Shown piece by piece: positions 6,805-9,931 of a stretch of 9,931 nt of DNA. The DNA is from Prasinococcaceae sp. CCMP 1430 (taxonomy: Eukaryota > Plantae > Prasinodermophyta), in assembly GCA_013416795.1 (NCBI GenBank), contig RQSC01000299.1:1-9931 (forward strand), in the 5' to 3' direction. A program made the translations under genes and the position numbers. The notes under the pieces were generated by a model that worked only from the letters and a program-made list of their open reading frames with translations, was not told where the DNA came from and ran no database searches. Position 1 is the first letter of the stretch; every line of letters starts with the position of its first letter.

Positions 6805-8750
6805 ATGGCGGACGTCGCGGTCATGCAGCCCACGCCGGCGACCAAGGTGGCCGAGATGGGCCCGTCGGCGTCGTCGGAGGATGAGGTCGAGGAGGGCGAG
6901 ATTGTGGAGACCACCCCCGTTGAGAGCGCCGACGCCGACGCCGACGCCGGCGCCGACGAGAAGGGCGCCGACGACGCCGAGGCCGTCCCCTCGAGCCCCT
7001 CTTCCGACGACACCAAGGACTCCTCTCCCGACCCGCCGCCCAAGATTTACACCGTCCGCATCCCGCGCCCCGACACGAGCGACCTGCAGTCGAAGATCTC
7101 GCTGCTCGAGTCGCGCGTCGCGGGCGTGACGGAGCGCGCCGACGTCGTGCGCAACATCGCGCGCGTGAAGATCGTCGCGAAGCAGACGGCGCAGTCGGAC
7201 GTCAGCGTGGCGCGCGAACGGCTGCGCGAGACGCAGGCCGAGGTGCACGCCAAGCTCGACGTGATCAAGCCGCTGCGCGCGCAGCTCAACGCCCACCGCC
7301 AGCAGCAGCGCGACGTGCGCGACGCCGGCCGCGAGCTGCCGTGCCGCACCAAGGAGGAGCTCGACGCCAAGATCGCGTCGCTCGAGGAGCGCATCATGCA
7401 CGAGTCGCTGGCGCTCTCCGAGGAGAAGGAGATCATCAAGGCGATCAGGTCGCTCAAGACCAAGTACGCCGCGCTGGAGAGGCACGCCGAGAGCGCGAGC
7501 GCGGTGGTGGTGGCCACCGCGGGCCGCGGCGAGCTCGAGGCCACCATCAAGGCCCTCAACGCCGAGCTGGACGTGCTCAAGCTGCAGGAGGGCGCGCACA
7601 GGAAGATGTTCGAGGCGCAGAAGGAGAAGCTCGCCGAGGCGAACGCGGAGGTGGAGGAGTCCATCGCCGACCGCAACGCGGTGCAGAAGGAGCTCAACGA
7701 CGCCTACGCCGAGCTCAAGGAGGCCAAGGGCGAGAAGTACAAGAAGGACAAGGTGTGGTACGCCACGCGCAAGCAGCACGACAAGCTGAAGCGCATGCTC
7801 GGCCGCGGCGACCACGAGGCCGTCCGCGAGGCCGCGCGCGCGCACAACGACGAGATCCACGCCAGGATGCGCGACGACGCGGCGTACCGCGCCGCCTACG
7901 TGGAGAACATCAAGTCGAGGTCAGTGCAGTGGCTCGCGTCGGTGCTGGGCCCGTGGGGCGACGACCTGCTCGAGGAGGCCGCCCAGGTCGACGGCGACGC
8001 GCCCGCCAAGGCCAAGAGGGCCGCGGCGGCCGCCGTGGAGGCCGGCGCGGAGGAGGCCAAGAGCAAGGAGGCCGCCAAGGAGGCCAAGAAGCTCGCCGCC
8101 GCCAAGAGGTCGGAGGAGGCGGCGCTGGCCAGGGCGGCGGCCAAGGAGAAGGCCGCGGAGGAGCGCAAGAGGGCCCAGGAGGAGGCCGAGAAGGAGGCCG
8201 CCGCCAAGAAGGCCGCGACGGCGGCCAGGAAGGCGGCGGACGCCGAGTCCGCCCTCTTCGCCGCGCGCGCGGCCGAGTCGGCCGCCACGGCCGCGGCCGC
8301 GCTCAAGGAGGCGTCCAAGCACGCCGCCGAGATTCTGAAGATGGAGAAGGCGCGCTTCGAGGCGTCCGCCGCCGAGCGCCGCGCGCGCATGCAGGCGCGC
8401 CGCGCGGAGCAGGACGCGCCCGCGGCCGCGGCGGGGGGGCTCGGGGGGCTCAGCAAGCGCAGCAAGAAGAAGAAGAAGAAGAAGACGGCCGAGGAGCGGC
8501 CGAGCCCGCGGCAGCGGCCGCGGCCGAGCCCGCGCCCCAGCCCGAGCCCGCCAAGCCCAAGCAGCAGCCGAAAAAGAAGGCCAAGAAGCCCAAGGCGCAG
8601 TCGCAGCCGCCGCCCAAGAGCATCAGCGAGAAGCTCGCGAGCAAGAGCAAGGCCGCCGCGTCCGCAGGCAAGGAGAGGACGCTCGGGATGGTCTTCGCTG
8701 GGCTCGCGCTGCTGGTCCTCTTCCTGCTCTACGTCGCGTTCAGCGGCTGA
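6805..8750 (+). CDS. Proton pump-interactor (PPI1)-like / Bfr1-like long coiled-coil protein with a C-terminal tail-anchor; about 648 aa after repairing one frame break near 8496
   Basis: ATG at 6805 (gcaATGG), an acidic N-terminus, then IYTVRIPRPD and a long coiled coil. The motif CRTKEELDAKIASLEERIMHESLALSEEKEIIKAIRSL closely resembles the recalled plant PPI1 core (CSSEEELN..IY..QYRIQHESIPLTEEKQILKEIR.L). The -1 frame supplies AAEPAAAAAAEPAPQPEPAKPKQQPKKKAKK...LGMVFAGLALLVLFLLYVAFSG-stop (TGA 8748-8750) with the same GC3 bias. Plant PPI proteins also end in a TM segment. Confidence 0.75.
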
Positions 8751-8963
8751 GCGCGAGCGGCCGCCGCGCTCGGTGCCACCCCCTGACACATGCATGCGGA
8801 TGAAATGCACAGCTTAGAAGCGCGGCCCTCGACCTCGCGCGGGCGGGCGGGCGGGCCCCTGCCCGCGATCGCGGCCCGCGCGCGCTCGGCGCGGTCGGGC
8901 CTACACGGTGGGCGTAAAACGAGCAGTTGCATGGCGAGCCTCCTCCCGCGCGCGCGCCCGCCG

Positions 8964-9931
8964 CTATCTGCGCAGCAGGTAGAGCGCGGGTCCGATGATG
9001 GGCACCGCGGTGAGCGCGCCGGGTGCGTCCGCCCCGCGCCGCTCAGCGTCGCGCGCGCACCAGAACGGCGCCCACAGGCTGCGCGCAAGTTGTTGGGGGG
9101 TGGAGGGGGCGCATGCATGTCGGTAGGAGGGGCGTCAGCGCTCGCCCGCGCCCGCGAGGCCGCGCGCGCGCGGGGGGGGGGGACACGCGCGCACGGACCT
9201 CAGCGTGAGGAAGTCGACGCTCGTGACGTTCACGAGCTTGACGCTGCCGAAGAGCTGCAAGTACTCGTCCCACGCACCGCCGCCGGTGCTCACCACCGCG
9301 TTGGCAGCGACGGCGCCCAGCGCCGCCGTGGAGGCCAGCAGCGACGCGGCGAAGGCCTTGCTCTCGAGCACGCGCACGGCCAGCGTGCGCTCCTGCTCCG
9401 GGGGCTGCTCGGCGTCCGGCTGCGTGGTGGCGCGCGGGCGCGGCGAAGGGCGCGCGCGCGTCAGCGCGAGCGTCGGGGCGCGCGCGCGCGCCCTCGGCGG
9501 CGTCTCCGTTCTTGGAGAGGGTGGGGGGCATCGCCGCGGGTCGGGGAGATCTCGGGCGCGCCATCGAGCGCACCTCGCCGTTGAGCGTGAGCGCAAAGTA
9601 CGGCATGAGCGCGAAAGCGCCGAGCGCGAAGCTCCCCACGACGAAAGGCCACGCGGGGGGGGCGCCGTCGCCGCCGCGCCCGCGCGAGGGTACGAGCAGG
9701 GCGGCGTACACCGCTGGCCAGACGCCCATGACGTTGAAGAGCGCGTAGAAGACCCCGTTGGCGTTCGCGAGCGCCTCCGCGGGCGGCGCGAGGAGCGTCT
9801 GAATGAGCGCGGCGTCGGCGTCGGCGCCGGCATTGGGCGCCACCGCTGCCGCGTAGCCGACGAGGGCCGCCCACCCGCCCCACACGTACGCCCCCATCGC
9901 GCCGCCCCCACCGCCGCCGCCGCCGCGGGCG
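8964..9931 (-). CDS. DUF2834-like multi-pass membrane protein of cyanobacterial/plastid type; exons 9574..>9931, 9199..9419, 8964..9078; 5' end possibly outside the window
   Basis: The spliced product contains YAAAVAP...FYALFNVMGVWPAVYAALLV...PAWPFVVGSFALGAFALMPYFAL, VLESK, VNVTSVDFLTLSLWAPFWCARDAERRG and VPIIGPALYLLRR-stop (TAG 8966-8964). This matches recalled cyanobacterial motifs (LFNxMGIWP, PAWPF.xxSFxxGAFALLPYLAL, MSLDF, DDMARRG, PLxGPLxYL). Both splices restore frame. An ATG is present at 9897, but the frame is open to the window edge. Confidence 0.85.
9079..9198 (-). other. Spliceosomal intron (120 nt, phase 2)
   Basis: AG|GTCCGT ... GCTGAC (9139-9134) ... GCGCAG|C. The junction creates an AGC (Ser) codon and the family-like DFLTLSLWAPFW. 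Confidence 0.85.
9420..9573 (-). other. Spliceosomal intron (154 nt, phase 0)
   Basis: GAG|GTGCGC ... GCTGAC (9465-9460) ... CACGCAG|CCG. Removal joins the 9897 frame to the 9911 frame. Confidence 0.85.

Noticed and set aside
6748-7860. Minus-strand ORFs of 370, 216 and 304 aa over the PPI1-like gene
   Set aside because: Antisense shadows of a Lys/Glu/Ala-rich coiled-coil gene (Leu/Ser/Phe-rich mirror translation).
1-9931. Genome-wide programmed frameshifting or insertional editing explaining all three frame breaks
   Set aside because: The breaks share no sequence motif, one coincides with an N, and the 2.2-kb H+-PPase exon and DUF2834 exons are intact. Assembly indels are the parsimonious explanation until reads say otherwise.

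Overview
Gene-dense, very GC-rich eukaryotic nuclear DNA, most likely from an alga. The evidence is GT-AG introns with GCTGAC branch points, a plant/algal-type vacuolar H+-PPase and a cyanobacterial-type DUF2834 gene; the lineage cannot be fixed from this window. Layout: possible 5' end of a minus-strand gene (1-43); a non-coding divergent spacer holding a hairpin-rich island of lower GC content (about 330-548); an uncharacterised low-complexity/coiled-coil protein gene (+, 988-3217, two apparent -1 frame breaks, one at an N); a K+-dependent membrane H+-pyrophosphatase (-, main exon 3272-5515, 5' end spliced); a 127-bp nested inverted repeat (5912-6038); tRNA-Thr(UGU) (+, 6090-6161); a proton-pump-interactor (PPI1)-like coiled-coil, tail-anchored protein gene (+, 6805-8750, one apparent -1 frame break); and a three-exon DUF2834-like membrane protein gene (-, 8964 to window end). 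No established novel system is evident. The best leads are the candidate structured RNA at 330-548, the inverted repeat overlapping the predicted H+-PPase first exon and donor, motifs shared between the two divergent spacers, the head-to-head H+-PPase/PPI1-like arrangement, and the frame break that decides whether the PPI1-like protein keeps its membrane anchor. Family assignments come from recalled sequence motifs; no database search was run.
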